Made by a program: the position numbers and the translations under genes. DNA of 64,000 nt from Aquabacterium sp. (lineage in GTDB: Bacteria > Pseudomonadota > Gammaproteobacteria > Burkholderiales > Burkholderiaceae_C). The stretch covers positions 49 to 64,048 of the forward strand of contig JBKJKU010000144.1 of the NCBI GenBank assembly GCA_046597355.1, written 5' to 3'. Shown here one piece after another: positions 1 to 9,602 of the stretch (position 1 is its first letter; every line of letters starts with the position of its first letter). A model generated the notes under the pieces. It saw nothing but the letters and a program-made list of their open reading frames with translations, ran no database searches and had not been told where the DNA came from.

Positions 1-1
1 G

Positions 2-454
2 ATGGACGAGCCCTTTGCCGCGCTCGACGACATCACCCGGCAAAAGCTCAACACCGACCTGCTGCAGTGGTGGTACGGCCGGGCCATGGCGGCGCTGTTT
101 GTCACCCACAGCGTGGCCGAGGCGGTGTTCCTGAGCCAGCGGGTGCTGGTGATGGCGGCGCGACCGGGCCGGGTGGTGGCCGAGGTTGTGGTGGCCCAGC
201 CCTACCCGCGCAGTGGCAGCTTCCGCGATTCGGCCGCCTTTGCCGAGGCCTGCCGGGCGGTGGGCGCGGCGCTGGCACAGGCCCATGGCGGACACCTTGA
301 GCACGGTGGGCAAGGTGAGCACGGTGAGCAAGGTGAGCACGGTGAGCACGGTGAGCACGGTGGGCACGGTGGGCACGGTGGGCACGGTGGGCACGGTGGC
401 GTTGTCGCCCACGGTAGCGAAGCCGGGCGGCCGCCCGCAGCGGGCCGGCTGTGA
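2..454 (+). CDS. ABC transporter ATP-binding protein (TauB/SsuB-like), 3' part only; His/Gly/Glu repeat tail
   Basis: Begins at Walker B/D-loop MDEPFAALD and has the H-switch VTHS; true start lies upstream of the window; TGA overlaps the GTG of the permease. Confidence 0.9.
   Translation: MDEPFAALDDITRQKLNTDLLQWWYGRAMAALFVTHSVAEAVFLSQRVLVMAARPGRVVAEVVVAQPYPRSGSFRDSAAFAEACRAVGAALAQAHGGHLEHGGQGEHGEQGEHGEHGEHGGHGGHGGHGGHGGVVAHGSEAGRPPAAGRL
299..397. repeat. 9-bp tandem repeat x11 (G[AG]GCA[CA]GGT) encoding (E/G)(H/Q)G
   Basis: Eleven consecutive units read directly. Confidence 0.95.
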
Positions 455-1257
455 GCGCCCAGCGCCCCGCGCGCCGTATCGCGCTGCCCACCTGGCTGCT
501 GCCTGCGCTGGTGCTGCTGGGCCTGCTGCTGGCCTGGGAGCTGCTGGTGCGCATCGCCCAGATCCCGGCCTACACGCTGCCCGCGCCGTCACTGGTGGCG
601 CAGACCCTGGTCGCCAATTTCGGCTCGCTGGCCGGCAGTTGGTGGGTCACGCTCAAGATCACCTTCGGCGCGCTGGCACTGGCTTGTGTCGGCGGCGCCC
701 TGATCGCAGCGCTGTTTGCGCTGTCGCCCACGCTGGAGCGGGCGCTGTTCCCGGTGGCGGTGGTGTTGCAGGTCACGCCGATCGTCGCGGTGGCGCCGCT
801 GATCCTGATCTACGTTGAGAGCACCACCGCCGCGTTGCTGCTGTGCGCCTGGATCGTTGCCTTTTTCCCGATCCTGTCCAACACCGTGATCGGGCTGCGT
901 GCGGCCGACGCCAACCTGCGTGACCTGTTTCGGCTGTACCGGGCCACGCCCTGGCAACGGCTGCGGTTGTTGCGCATGCCCGCCGCGCTGCCGTATTTCG
1001 TGGCCGGGCTCAAGATCTCGGGGGGGCTCAGCCTGATTGGCGCGGTCACGGCCGAGATGGTGGCCGGTGCGGCCGGCCGCGAGACCGGGCTGGCCTCGCG
1101 CATCCTGGAGGCCAGTTTTCGCACCGAGACGCCCAAGATGTTTGCCGCGCTGGCGCTGCTGGTGGCCACCGGGGTGATGATCTTCTGGCTCTTCAACGCC
1201 CTGTCGCGCTGGTGGCTGGGGCCGTGGCATGCATCAGAATCATCCCGACCGCTTTGA
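451..1257 (+). CDS. ABC transporter permease (TauC/SsuC-like)
   Basis: Multiple TM segments, EAA-loop-like region [26 protein letters not shown] motif. Confidence 0.9.
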   Translation: MSAQRPARRIALPTWLLPALVLLGLLLAWELLVRIAQIPAYTLPAPSLVAQTLVANFGSLAGSWWVTLKITFGALALACVGGALIAALFALSPTLERALFPVAVVLQVTPIVAVAPLILIYVESTTAALLLCAWIVAFFPILSNTVIGLRAADANLRDLFRLYRATPWQRLRLLRMPAALPYFVAGLKISGGLSLIGAVTAEMVAGAAGRETGLASRILEASFRTETPKMFAALALLVATGVMIFWLFNALSRWWLGPWHASESSRPL

Positions 1258-1319
1258 ACTGCGCCTTGAACGGCGCGCGTACCCGCGCTTTGACCCCGAA
1301 CCCAACCCCGGAGCTGCCC

Positions 1320-2342
1320 ATGTTTTCACGATTGACGCCGTTGATCACCGCCGCCTGGCTGACCCTGGCCGGCACCAGCCCGGCACAAGCCCAGGACAAG
1401 GTCATCTTCGCCACCAACTGGAAAGCCCAGGCCGCACACGGCGGCTTCTACCAGGCTGTGGCCGACGGCACTTACAAGAAGTTTGGCCTGGACGTGACGA
1501 TCCAGCAAGGCGGGCCGTCGGTCAACAACCGGCCGTTGCTGCCGGCCGGGCGCATTGACTTCTTGATGACCGGCAACCTGCTGCACAGTTTCGACAACGT
1601 CAAGAACAAGGTGCCCACGGTGGTGGTGGCGGCGATGTTCCAGAAAGACCCGCAGGCCTTGCTGGCGCATCCGGGGCAGGGCTACGAGGCTTTCGAGAAC
1701 CTCAAGACCGCGCCGCTGGCGCTGATCGCCAAGGATGGCCAGTTCAGCTGGTGGCAGTGGCTCAAGGTCACGCACGGCTTCAAGGACGAGGCGCTCAAGC
1801 CGTACAACTACAACCTGGCACCGTTCCTGTCCAACCCCAAGGCGATCCAGCAGGGCTACTCGGTGGCCGAGCCGATTTATGTCGAGAACCAGGGCAAGTT
1901 CAAGCCGGTGGTGCACTTGCTGGCCGACCATGGCTTTTCGACCTACAGCACGCTGATCGAAGCCCGCACCGAGACCGTCAAGGCCAAGCCCGAGCTGGTG
2001 CAGCGGTTTGTCGATGCATCGGCGATCGGCTGGATCAACTACCTCTACGGCAACCGCAAAGCCGCCGCCGCGCTGATGGTGCGCGACAACCCGGAGATGA
2101 GCGAGGCCGAGATGGAGTCGTCGGTCGCGCTGATGAAGGCGCAGGGCATCGTCGACTCGGGTGAGGCCGCGGCCCGCGGCATCGGCGCGATGAGCACCGC
2201 CCGCATCGCCGATTTTTATGCCCAGATGGTCAAGGCCGGCCTGTACCGCGCCGGCGAGGTGGACCTGGCCAACGTGGCGACCTTGAAGTTTGTCAACAAG
2301 GGCGTGGGGCAGGATGTCAAGGCGCGGCTGACGACCAAGTAG
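1320..2342 (+). CDS. ABC transporter substrate-binding protein, NMT1/THI5-like
   Basis: Signal peptide ending [19 protein letters not shown] motif; ATG at 1320 after GGAG. Confidence 0.88.
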   Translation: MFSRLTPLITAAWLTLAGTSPAQAQDKVIFATNWKAQAAHGGFYQAVADGTYKKFGLDVTIQQGGPSVNNRPLLPAGRIDFLMTGNLLHSFDNVKNKVPTVVVAAMFQKDPQALLAHPGQGYEAFENLKTAPLALIAKDGQFSWWQWLKVTHGFKDEALKPYNYNLAPFLSNPKAIQQGYSVAEPIYVENQGKFKPVVHLLADHGFSTYSTLIEARTETVKAKPELVQRFVDASAIGWINYLYGNRKAAAALMVRDNPEMSEAEMESSVALMKAQGIVDSGEAAARGIGAMSTARIADFYAQMVKAGLYRAGEVDLANVATLKFVNKGVGQDVKARLTTK

Positions 2343-2427
2343 TCTTGGGGCAGCGCCTTCAATCCCGTCAACCCGTCAACCTTTCAACCCTTCGATCCCG
2401 TCCACCGCCTCAGCGCCCGGAGCCCCC

Positions 2428-2946
2428 ATGGCCAAAGCAAAAACCAACAAGTCCGCAGCCCCAGCCGCTGCGCCTTCGATCAACATCGGCATCAGTGACA
2501 AGGACCGCGCGGCCATCGCCGCCGGCCTGTCCCGGCTGCTGGCCGATACCTACACGCTGTACCTGACCACCCACAACTTCCACTGGAACGTCACCGGGCC
2601 GATGTTCAACACCCTGCACACCATGTTCATGGCGCAGTACACCGAGTTGTGGACAGCCGTCGACCCGGTGGCCGAGCGCATCCGCTCGCTGGGCCACCCG
2701 GCGCCCGGCTCGTACGCCCAGTTCGGCGCACTGGCATCGATCCCGGACGCACCCGGTACGCCGCCCAAGGCCTTGGCGATGGTCAAGATCCTGGTCGAGG
2801 GCCATGAGGCGGTGGCGCGCACCGCGCGCAGCATCTTTCCGCTGGCCGACAAGGCCGGCGACGAACCCACCGCCGACCTGCTGACCCAGCGCCTGACGGT
2901 GCACGAGCAAACCGCCTGGATGCTGCGCTCGCTGCTGGAGGAGTGA
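2428..2946 (+). CDS. dps: DNA starvation/stationary-phase protection protein Dps
   Basis: [16 protein letters not shown] and DPVAERIR ferroxidase motifs; GGAG RBS. Confidence 0.95.
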   Translation: MAKAKTNKSAAPAAAPSINIGISDKDRAAIAAGLSRLLADTYTLYLTTHNFHWNVTGPMFNTLHTMFMAQYTELWTAVDPVAERIRSLGHPAPGSYAQFGALASIPDAPGTPPKALAMVKILVEGHEAVARTARSIFPLADKAGDEPTADLLTQRLTVHEQTAWMLRSLLEE

Positions 2947-2949
2947 CGT

Positions 2950-2981
2950 AAAAAAGCCCCGGGCCAACAGGCGCCGGGGCT
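2950..2981 (-). terminator. Intrinsic terminator of the Tsx-like gene
   Basis: AGCCCCGG/CCGGGGCT stem preceded by an A run on + (U tract on -). Confidence 0.65.
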
Positions 2982-3014
2982 GGGTTCAGGCCGTTGCGCC
3001 CGCAGGCGCCGGGG

Positions 3015-3881
3015 TCAGAAGTGGTATTCGGCCCGGATCATCGGTGTCTTGGCAAACGCGCCCTTGCCGGCAGGGCCGCTGGCGTTGTTGCCGAACTTGT
3101 TTTTCCAGTATTGGTACTCAACGCCCAGCCTGAGCGTGTTCTTGCCGGCGCCGACCAGGCCGCTCAGGTCGTACATGACTTGCATGTCGATGTTGGTCTC
3201 CACCGCAGTCTCGGCGCCAAACTCGTTCTTGCCCTTGGCGGCGATGACATTGGCAAAACCCTCAAACGAGAGCGGCAGGCCACCCGGCAGCGGGATCGCC
3301 CAGGCGGCTGTCAGCATCGGGTGGGTGTCGTAGGTGTAGCGCGGCGTGCTGGTCTTGGTGAAGGTGTTGTAGGGCGCGTTGCTCTCCCACAGTGCTACCA
3401 GGCCGATGTTCAGGAAGCCCGGCACGTCCATCATCAGGGTGCCGCCCGCCACCAGCATGCGCTTCTTGGAGTTGTAGCCGGCGTCGGTCTTGGCGTTGGC
3501 ATCAAAGCCCAGCACGGCGCCGATGTCCTTGATCGGGCCCATCTTCATCGGCTTGCCGGTCAACTTGCCGTATTCCAGCGTGTTGCGGTAGACGATGTAG
3601 ACCTCGGCTGCGCCGTTGGTCGACCCGGCGCCGGCCGGGTCCTTCTTGTCGGACAGCAGCAGGTCAGCGTTGAAGAAGTTGGTGCCGTACTTGTAGCCGC
3701 TGACGTGGGTCAGGTTGAGGATGTTCTTCTCGATGGCATTCGGGTTGAAGGGCTCGGCATATCGGGTGCCGGTGCGGAACCCCATCGAGGTATCGCTCCA
3801 GTCGGCGGCAAAGGTGGGGGCGGCCACTGCGGCCACGGCCAGGGCGGCGGCGGTGGGGAGCAGGCGGTCAAATCGGGTCAT
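3015..3881 (-). CDS. Outer-membrane nucleoside-specific channel-like protein (Tsx-like)
   Basis: Signal peptide (TFA-ADW), beta-barrel alternation, YQYWKNKFG motif, C-terminal Phe; AAGGA RBS. Confidence 0.75.
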   Translation of the reverse strand: MTRFDRLLPTAAALAVAAVAAPTFAADWSDTSMGFRTGTRYAEPFNPNAIEKNILNLTHVSGYKYGTNFFNADLLLSDKKDPAGAGSTNGAAEVYIVYRNTLEYGKLTGKPMKMGPIKDIGAVLGFDANAKTDAGYNSKKRMLVAGGTLMMDVPGFLNIGLVALWESNAPYNTFTKTSTPRYTYDTHPMLTAAWAIPLPGGLPLSFEGFANVIAAKGKNEFGAETAVETNIDMQVMYDLSGLVGAGKNTLRLGVEYQYWKNKFGNNASGPAGKGAFAKTPMIRAEYHF

Positions 3882-3932
3882 GAAGTTGTCCTTGTGTGGG
3901 TGGGGTTAAAGCAAGCAGTCCAGGTTGTGTTT

Positions 3933-3948
3933 AGCACTTGCCGTGCCA
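3933..3948 (-). promoter_or_regulatory. sigma54 -24/-12 promoter
   Basis: Minus strand TGGCACGGCAAGTGCT, GG-N10-GC spacing, about 50 nt upstream of the start codon. Confidence 0.7.
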
Positions 3949-4016
3949 TCAAATTGACACAACGCAGGCCTGGACCAGGCGATGGGTGCATGAAAGCCGT
4001 GCCGGCACCGTCGCAA

Positions 4017-4033
4017 TGCACCAATCACGTGCA
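4017..4033. promoter_or_regulatory. NtrC-type enhancer site
   Basis: TGCACCAATCACGTGCA versus consensus TGCACCA-N3-TGGTGCA. Confidence 0.6.
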
Positions 4034-4241
4034 ATTGTGCGGTGCTTGGGTGCGCCAGCGCACAGACACGCACCTAAACCACTGCTGGGTGGCAGATTTG
4101 ATCCGCGGCTGTTGCGGCGCTGCCGAAACCGTACACCGCCACCCCCGGTGCGGGCGGCGATAATTGCGGGTTGCCCGGGGTCTGGCCGCCGCCCCGGATC
4201 CGGGCAAGCAGGCCGAACCCCTCCCGCTGGAACCCCGCCCC

Positions 4242-5870
4242 ATGTCTGCCGACCTGTCTACCCAGGTGCGCCGTCGCCGCACCTTTGCCATCATTTCGCA
4301 CCCTGACGCGGGCAAGACCACGCTGACCGAGAAGCTGCTGCTGTTCTCGGGCGCGATCCAGATTGCCGGCTCGGTCAAGGCCCGCAAGGCGACGAGGCAC
4401 GCCACCTCCGACTGGATGGAGATCGAAAAGCAGCGCGGCATCTCGGTGGCCTCGTCGGTGATGCAGATGGAGTACCGCGACTGCGTCATCAACCTGCTCG
4501 ACACCCCCGGCCACCAGGACTTCTCTGAAGACACCTACCGGGTGCTGACCGCCGTGGATGCCGCGTTGATGGTGATCGACGCGGCCAATGGCGTCGAGCC
4601 CCAGACCCGCCGGCTGCTGCAGGTTTGCCGCGCCCGCAACACGCCGATCCTGACCTTCGTGAACAAGATGGACCGCGAGGTGCAGGAGCCGCTCGACCTG
4701 ATGGACGAGATCGAGCGAGAGCTGGGCATGACCGTGGTGCCCTTCACCTGGCCGGTGGGCATGGGCAAGTTTTTTGGCGGCGTGATGGACTTGCGCAAGC
4801 ACCAGATGCGGGTCTTCAAGGCCGGTGCCGACCGCGCCAATGACGATGACGAAATCATCGACGGGCTGGACAACCCGATCCTTGCCGAGCGCTTTGGCGC
4901 CGCTTACAGCCAAGCCGCCGGTGAGTACGAGCTGGTGCGCGACGCCGCCCCCGCCTTCAACGGGGCCGAGTTCCTGGCCGGCCGGCAGACGCCAATGTTC
5001 TTCGGCTCAGCCGTCAACAACTTTGGCGTGCAAGAGGTGCTGGACGCGCTGGTGGACCTGGCGCCGCCGCCCGGCGACCGGCCGGCGATGCAGCGCGTGG
5101 TGCACCCCGAGGAGCCCAAGTTCACCGGCGTGGTCTTCAAGATCCAGGCCAACATGGACCCCAGCCACCGTGACCGCATCGCGTTCTTGCGGGTCGCCAG
5201 CGGCCACTTCGAGCGCGGCATGCGGCTCAAGGTGGTGCGCTCGGGCAAGGAGATGCGGCCCAACACCGTGGTCAGTTTCTTGAGCCAGCGCCGCGAGCTG
5301 CTCGACGAGGCCTATGCCGGCGACATCATCGGCATCCCGAACCACGGCGTGCTGCAGCTGGGCGACACCTTGACTGAGGGCGAGAGCCTGCAGTTCACCG
5401 GCCTGCCGTTCTTCGCGCCCGAGATGTTCCGCATGGTCGAGGTGGCCGACCCGCTCAAGACCAAGCAGCTCAAGGCCGGCCTGACCCAGTTGGGCGAGGA
5501 GGGCGCGATCCAGGTTTTTCGGCCGATGGTGGGCTCCGTGCTGATGCTGGGCGCGGTGGGCCAGCTGCAGTTCGAGGTGGTGGCGCACCGGCTGGAGCAT
5601 GAATACGGTTGCAAGGCCCGCATCAGCCCGTGCCGGTTCTCGATAGCGCGCTGGGTCACCTGCGACGCGGCCGACGGCGGCGAAAAAGAGCTGGCCCGCT
5701 TTGTCGAGGGCAACAGCCACCGCATGGCCTACGACGCGGTGAACGCGCCCACGCTGCTGGTCGAGTACTCGCCCGAGCTGCGTGCCATCGAGGCCAACTG
5801 GCCCAAGATCAAGTTCCACGCGCTGCGCGAGCACGCCGGGCTGGTGTTTCAGAAGCGGTTGGACGGTTAA
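4242..5870 (+). CDS. prfC: Peptide chain release factor 3
   Basis: RRRTFAIISHPDAGKTT, DTPGH, NKMD and GAVGQLQFEV motifs. Confidence 0.98.
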   Translation: MSADLSTQVRRRRTFAIISHPDAGKTTLTEKLLLFSGAIQIAGSVKARKATRHATSDWMEIEKQRGISVASSVMQMEYRDCVINLLDTPGHQDFSEDTYRVLTAVDAALMVIDAANGVEPQTRRLLQVCRARNTPILTFVNKMDREVQEPLDLMDEIERELGMTVVPFTWPVGMGKFFGGVMDLRKHQMRVFKAGADRANDDDEIIDGLDNPILAERFGAAYSQAAGEYELVRDAAPAFNGAEFLAGRQTPMFFGSAVNNFGVQEVLDALVDLAPPPGDRPAMQRVVHPEEPKFTGVVFKIQANMDPSHRDRIAFLRVASGHFERGMRLKVVRSGKEMRPNTVVSFLSQRRELLDEAYAGDIIGIPNHGVLQLGDTLTEGESLQFTGLPFFAPEMFRMVEVADPLKTKQLKAGLTQLGEEGAIQVFRPMVGSVLMLGAVGQLQFEVVAHRLEHEYGCKARISPCRFSIARWVTCDAADGGEKELARFVEGNSHRMAYDAVNAPTLLVEYSPELRAIEANWPKIKFHALREHAGLVFQKRLDG

Positions 5871-5951
5871 CGGCTCTCGGAGTTGGGGACAACGCCGGTC
5901 TGGCGCGAGGTTAGGTGCCAGCACAATCCTGGCCAGCAGGAGACCCCGCCC

Positions 5952-8537
5952 ATGACCGTCCAGAACTTCGAGCCCTCCGGCGCCCGCGAGGCTGTGCTGG
6001 CACCGCTGCTGCGCAGCGTGCTCAAAACCTTGCTCAAGCCGGCGTTTTCACCGCGTTGGTCGATTGCCGCGCAACGGCGCTGGCTGGGCGGCATGGTCAA
6101 GCTCAACCTGCCGCCGGTGGGTGTGCTGATCACGTCGGGCGCGGCCGGTCCGGCTGGCAGCGACGGCGCAGCCGCTGCGCTGCCGGGTGAATGGATCCAA
6201 CCGCGTACCGGCTGCGCCCGGCGCGGCACCGTGTTGTACCTGCACGGCGGCGCCTACTGCGTGGGCGGCCCGGCGACCCACCGGCCGATCACCGGCGCGC
6301 TGGCGCGGGGTACCGGCATGGCGGTGTTGGCGATGGACTACCGGCTGGCGCCGGAACACCCGTTTCCGGCCGCGCTGGACGACGCGCTGGCCGCGTTTGA
6401 CGCCTTGCGCGCGCGGGGCCCGGTGGTTCTGGCGGGCGACTCCGCCGGCGGTGGTCTGGCGCTGGCCACCGCGTTGGCGTTGCGCGACCGGCGCGAATTT
6501 GCTGCTGCCGCTGGTGCCGCTGATGCGGCTGATGCCAGTGATGCCGGGATGGCCGGTGATGCCGCGCCGGCAGTCCCCGCTGCACTGTTATTGCTGGCGC
6601 CCTGGGGCGACCTCACGCTGGCCCATCTGCCAGAGCCCACACCTGGCGAGGCGATGCTCAGCCGTTCTTGGGTCGAGGCCTGCGCTGCGCACTACCTGGC
6701 CGGCGCCGATGCACGCCAGCCGGGTGTCTCGCCGCTGCTGGCCGACCTGCGCGGCCTGCCCACCACGCTGATCCAGGTCGGCACCGACGACCTGCTGCAC
6801 GCCGAAGCCCTGCGCCTGCATGCCGCGCTGGACGCCGCCGGCGTACCGGTGCGCTGCGAGGTCACTGCAGGCCGCTGGCATGTGTTTCAGCTGCAGGCGG
6901 GTGTGCTGCCCTGTGCCAACGAGGCCCTGGCCCGGGCCTCGTGCTTCATCGGCCCGGCCGTGGACCGGGCCGTGGCCCAAGCCGCCACCACAGCCGCCAC
7001 CCAAGCCGCCACCACAGCCGCCGCCCAAGCCGCCACCCAAGCCGTCGGCAACGCCGCCACCACCGCCACCATCGCCAACGCCGCCAGCCCGGTCGAGTCG
7101 CACCTAGTCGTGATCCTGGGCGCCGGCATGTCCGGCCTGTGCATGGCGGTCCAGCTCAAGAAGGCCGGCATGCACGACTTCGTGATGCTGGAAAAAAGCG
7201 CCGGCCTGGGCGGCACCTGGTGGGACAACCGCTACCCCGGCGCGCAGGTCGACGTGCCCGCGCCGTTGTATGCGTTCTCGTTTGCAGCCAACCCGCACTG
7301 GAAGCGCCGCTTTGCCGACGCGCCGGAGATCCAGGCGTACATGCAGCGGGTGGCCGCGCAGCACGGCGTTCATCCGCACCTGCGTCTGGGCACCCGGCTG
7401 GCCGCGGCGCGGTTCGACGAGACCAGCGGCCACTGGCAGCTGACCACCGAGCACGGCCAGCGCCTGCGGGCCCGGTTTTTTGTCTGCAGCACCGGGCCGC
7501 TGAGCCAGGCGCGTTTTCCCGACATCCCCGGGCTGGCCGACTTCCAGGGCCGGCTGCTGCATTCCGCGCGCTGGGACGCCGCGGCCGACCTCGCCGGTCA
7601 GCGTGTGGCGGTGATCGGCACCGGGTCCACCGCTTCGCAGCTGATCCCGCCGTTGGCCGGGCAGGCCGCGCAGTTGCACGTGTTCCAGCGCACCGCCAAC
7701 TGGGTGCTGCCCCGGCTGGACCGCCGCTACCACGCGCTGGACGGCCTGCTGGCGCGGCTGCCGCCCTATGCCGCCGCTGTGCGTGGCCTGTGGTACCGCG
7801 CGCTCGAGTTGGGCCGCAAAGGGTTTGACGAAGGCACGTTTGCACGCCGACGCATGCTCAAACTGGCGGCCGACCAGCTGCGTGAGCAGGTGGCCGACCC
7901 AGGCTTGCGCGCCAAGCTGACCCCCACCTACCCGCTGGGCTGCAAACGGCTGATCTACGCCAACGATTTTTTGCCCACCTTCTCGCGCCCCAACACCGAG
8001 CTGGTGACCGACGCGATCACCCGCATCACGCCGCACGGCATCGTCACCGCCGACGGGCGTGAGCGGCCGATCGATGTGCTGGTCTGCGCCACCGGGTTCG
8101 ATACGGTGCAACTGCTGTCCACGCTGCAGGTCACCGGGCGCGGCGGGCGCACGTTGCGCGAGGCCTGGCAAGACGGCCCCGAGGCGCACCACGGCCTCAC
8201 GGTGGCGGGCTTCCCCAACCTGTTCCTGATGCTGGGCCCCAACACCGCCACCGGTCACACCTCCACCCTGCTCTACATCGAGCCGGGGGTGCGCTACGCC
8301 ATAAGTTGCATGCAGCAGGTGCTGGCGGCCGGCCAGCGCTGGCTGGACGTCCGGCCCGAGGTCTACCGCGCGTCCAACGAGCGGCTGCAGGCCCGGCTGC
8401 AAGGTTCGGTCTGGACCAGCTGCAACAGCTGGTACCGCACCGAGGGGGGCAAGGTGGTGGCCCTGTGGCCCGGCTTTACCGACGAGTACCAGCGCGCCAT
8501 CCGGCGACCGGACTTCACTGAATTTGGCTTTGGCTGA
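5952..8537 (+). CDS. Fusion of HSL-family esterase (alpha/beta hydrolase) and type I Baeyer-Villiger monooxygenase
   Basis: HGGAY, GDSAGG, GTDDLL and HVF motifs, then GAGMSG, GGTWWDNRYPG, FQGRLLHSARW and GTGSTA; CAGGAG RBS before 5952. Confidence 0.9.
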   Translation: MTVQNFEPSGAREAVLAPLLRSVLKTLLKPAFSPRWSIAAQRRWLGGMVKLNLPPVGVLITSGAAGPAGSDGAAAALPGEWIQPRTGCARRGTVLYLHGGAYCVGGPATHRPITGALARGTGMAVLAMDYRLAPEHPFPAALDDALAAFDALRARGPVVLAGDSAGGGLALATALALRDRREFAAAAGAADAADASDAGMAGDAAPAVPAALLLLAPWGDLTLAHLPEPTPGEAMLSRSWVEACAAHYLAGADARQPGVSPLLADLRGLPTTLIQVGTDDLLHAEALRLHAALDAAGVPVRCEVTAGRWHVFQLQAGVLPCANEALARASCFIGPAVDRAVAQAATTAATQAATTAAAQAATQAVGNAATTATIANAASPVESHLVVILGAGMSGLCMAVQLKKAGMHDFVMLEKSAGLGGTWWDNRYPGAQVDVPAPLYAFSFAANPHWKRRFADAPEIQAYMQRVAAQHGVHPHLRLGTRLAAARFDETSGHWQLTTEHGQRLRARFFVCSTGPLSQARFPDIPGLADFQGRLLHSARWDAAADLAGQRVAVIGTGSTASQLIPPLAGQAAQLHVFQRTANWVLPRLDRRYHALDGLLARLPPYAAAVRGLWYRALELGRKGFDEGTFARRRMLKLAADQLREQVADPGLRAKLTPTYPLGCKRLIYANDFLPTFSRPNTELVTDAITRITPHGIVTADGRERPIDVLVCATGFDTVQLLSTLQVTGRGGRTLREAWQDGPEAHHGLTVAGFPNLFLMLGPNTATGHTSTLLYIEPGVRYAISCMQQVLAAGQRWLDVRPEVYRASNERLQARLQGSVWTSCNSWYRTEGGKVVALWPGFTDEYQRAIRRPDFTEFGFG
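6981..7040. repeat. 12-bp tandem repeat (GCCGCCACC[AC][CA]A) forming the Ala/Thr/Gln linker of the fusion
   Basis: About five units encoding AATT/AATQ/AAAQ. Confidence 0.8.
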
Positions 8538-8580
8538 AAGGTGGTGGCCGGGTCAGGCGTCAGCCGGGGCCCGGGATAGG

Positions 8581-9567
8581 TCAGCCCCCCGCCGAAAACG
8601 CCACCGCCACCGCTGCTGCGAGCCTGGCGTTGTTGAGCACCAGCTGGATATTGGCCGCCAGGCTGTCGCCGCCGGTCAGGGCATTGACCCGGTCCAGCAA
8701 AAACGGCGTGATCCGCTTGCCGCGCACACCCTGTGCTTCGGCGTCGGCCAGCGCGGCAGTGATCGCGCCCTCGATGACGGCCGATGGCACCGCGAACGCG
8801 ACCGGGATCGGGTTGGCGATCAGCAGGCCGCCTTGCGACCCGCCGGCCCCGGTTGACGCCAGGCCGCCCGCGCCCAGCGACCACCGGGCCCGCATCACCC
8901 GGGCGATGCTGGCCGCATCGTCGAGCCGGTAGTCCACGCCGAAGCCGCTGTCGCGGGCAAAAAACGCCGGCAGCCGGTCAGTCTGGTAGCCGATCACCGG
9001 CACGCCGTGGGTCTCCAGCAGCTCCAGCGTCAGCCCGATGTCCAGGATGCTCTTGACGCCGGCGCAGACCACCGCCACCTCGGTGCGGGCCAACTCCAGC
9101 AGGTCGGCCGAGACATCAAAACTCAGGGGCGCACCCCGGTGCACGCCGCCGATGCCGCCGGTGGCAAACACCCGTATGCCGGCCAGTGCGGCCACGATCA
9201 TGGTGGCTGCCACCGTGGTTGAGCCCAAGCCGGGCTCGGCACCCGGCGCCGCGCAGCCGGCCAGCAAAAAAGGCAGGTCGCGCCGGCTGGCCTTGGCCAC
9301 CCGCTGGCCGGCACGGCCCAGGCGCTCGATCTGGTCTGCCGTCAAGCCCGCCTTGAGACGGCCGTCGATGACGGCGATGGTGGCCGGCACGGCACCCGCG
9401 GCCCGCACCGCGGCCTGCACCGCCAGCGCCGTCGCCACGTTTTGCGGCCAGGGCATGCCGTGGCTGATGATGGTGGACTCCAGCGCCACCACCGGCCGGC
9501 CGTCGGCCAGCGCGGCGGCCACTTCGGGGTCCAGGTCGAGGTAGGGGTTCAGCGTGGCCGTGTTCAT
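8581..9567 (-). CDS. psuG: Pseudouridine-5'-phosphate glycosidase
   Basis: VALESTIISHGMP, KASRRD, TGGIGGVHRG and AGVKSILD motifs. Confidence 0.93.
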   Translation of the reverse strand: MNTATLNPYLDLDPEVAAALADGRPVVALESTIISHGMPWPQNVATALAVQAAVRAAGAVPATIAVIDGRLKAGLTADQIERLGRAGQRVAKASRRDLPFLLAGCAAPGAEPGLGSTTVAATMIVAALAGIRVFATGGIGGVHRGAPLSFDVSADLLELARTEVAVVCAGVKSILDIGLTLELLETHGVPVIGYQTDRLPAFFARDSGFGVDYRLDDAASIARVMRARWSLGAGGLASTGAGGSQGGLLIANPIPVAFAVPSAVIEGAITAALADAEAQGVRGKRITPFLLDRVNALTGGDSLAANIQLVLNNARLAAAVAVAFSAGG

Positions 9568-9602
9568 GCCCGCCAGCTTAGCCGGCGCCGATAATTCGGG
9601 CG

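Noticed and set aside
2994-4163. Long alternative-frame ORFs (e.g. 2994-4163, 7104-8402, 17196-18605, 35009-36154, 48803-51217, 61639-62919)
   Set aside because: Antisense shadows of well-supported genes, expected in high-GC DNA; no motifs.
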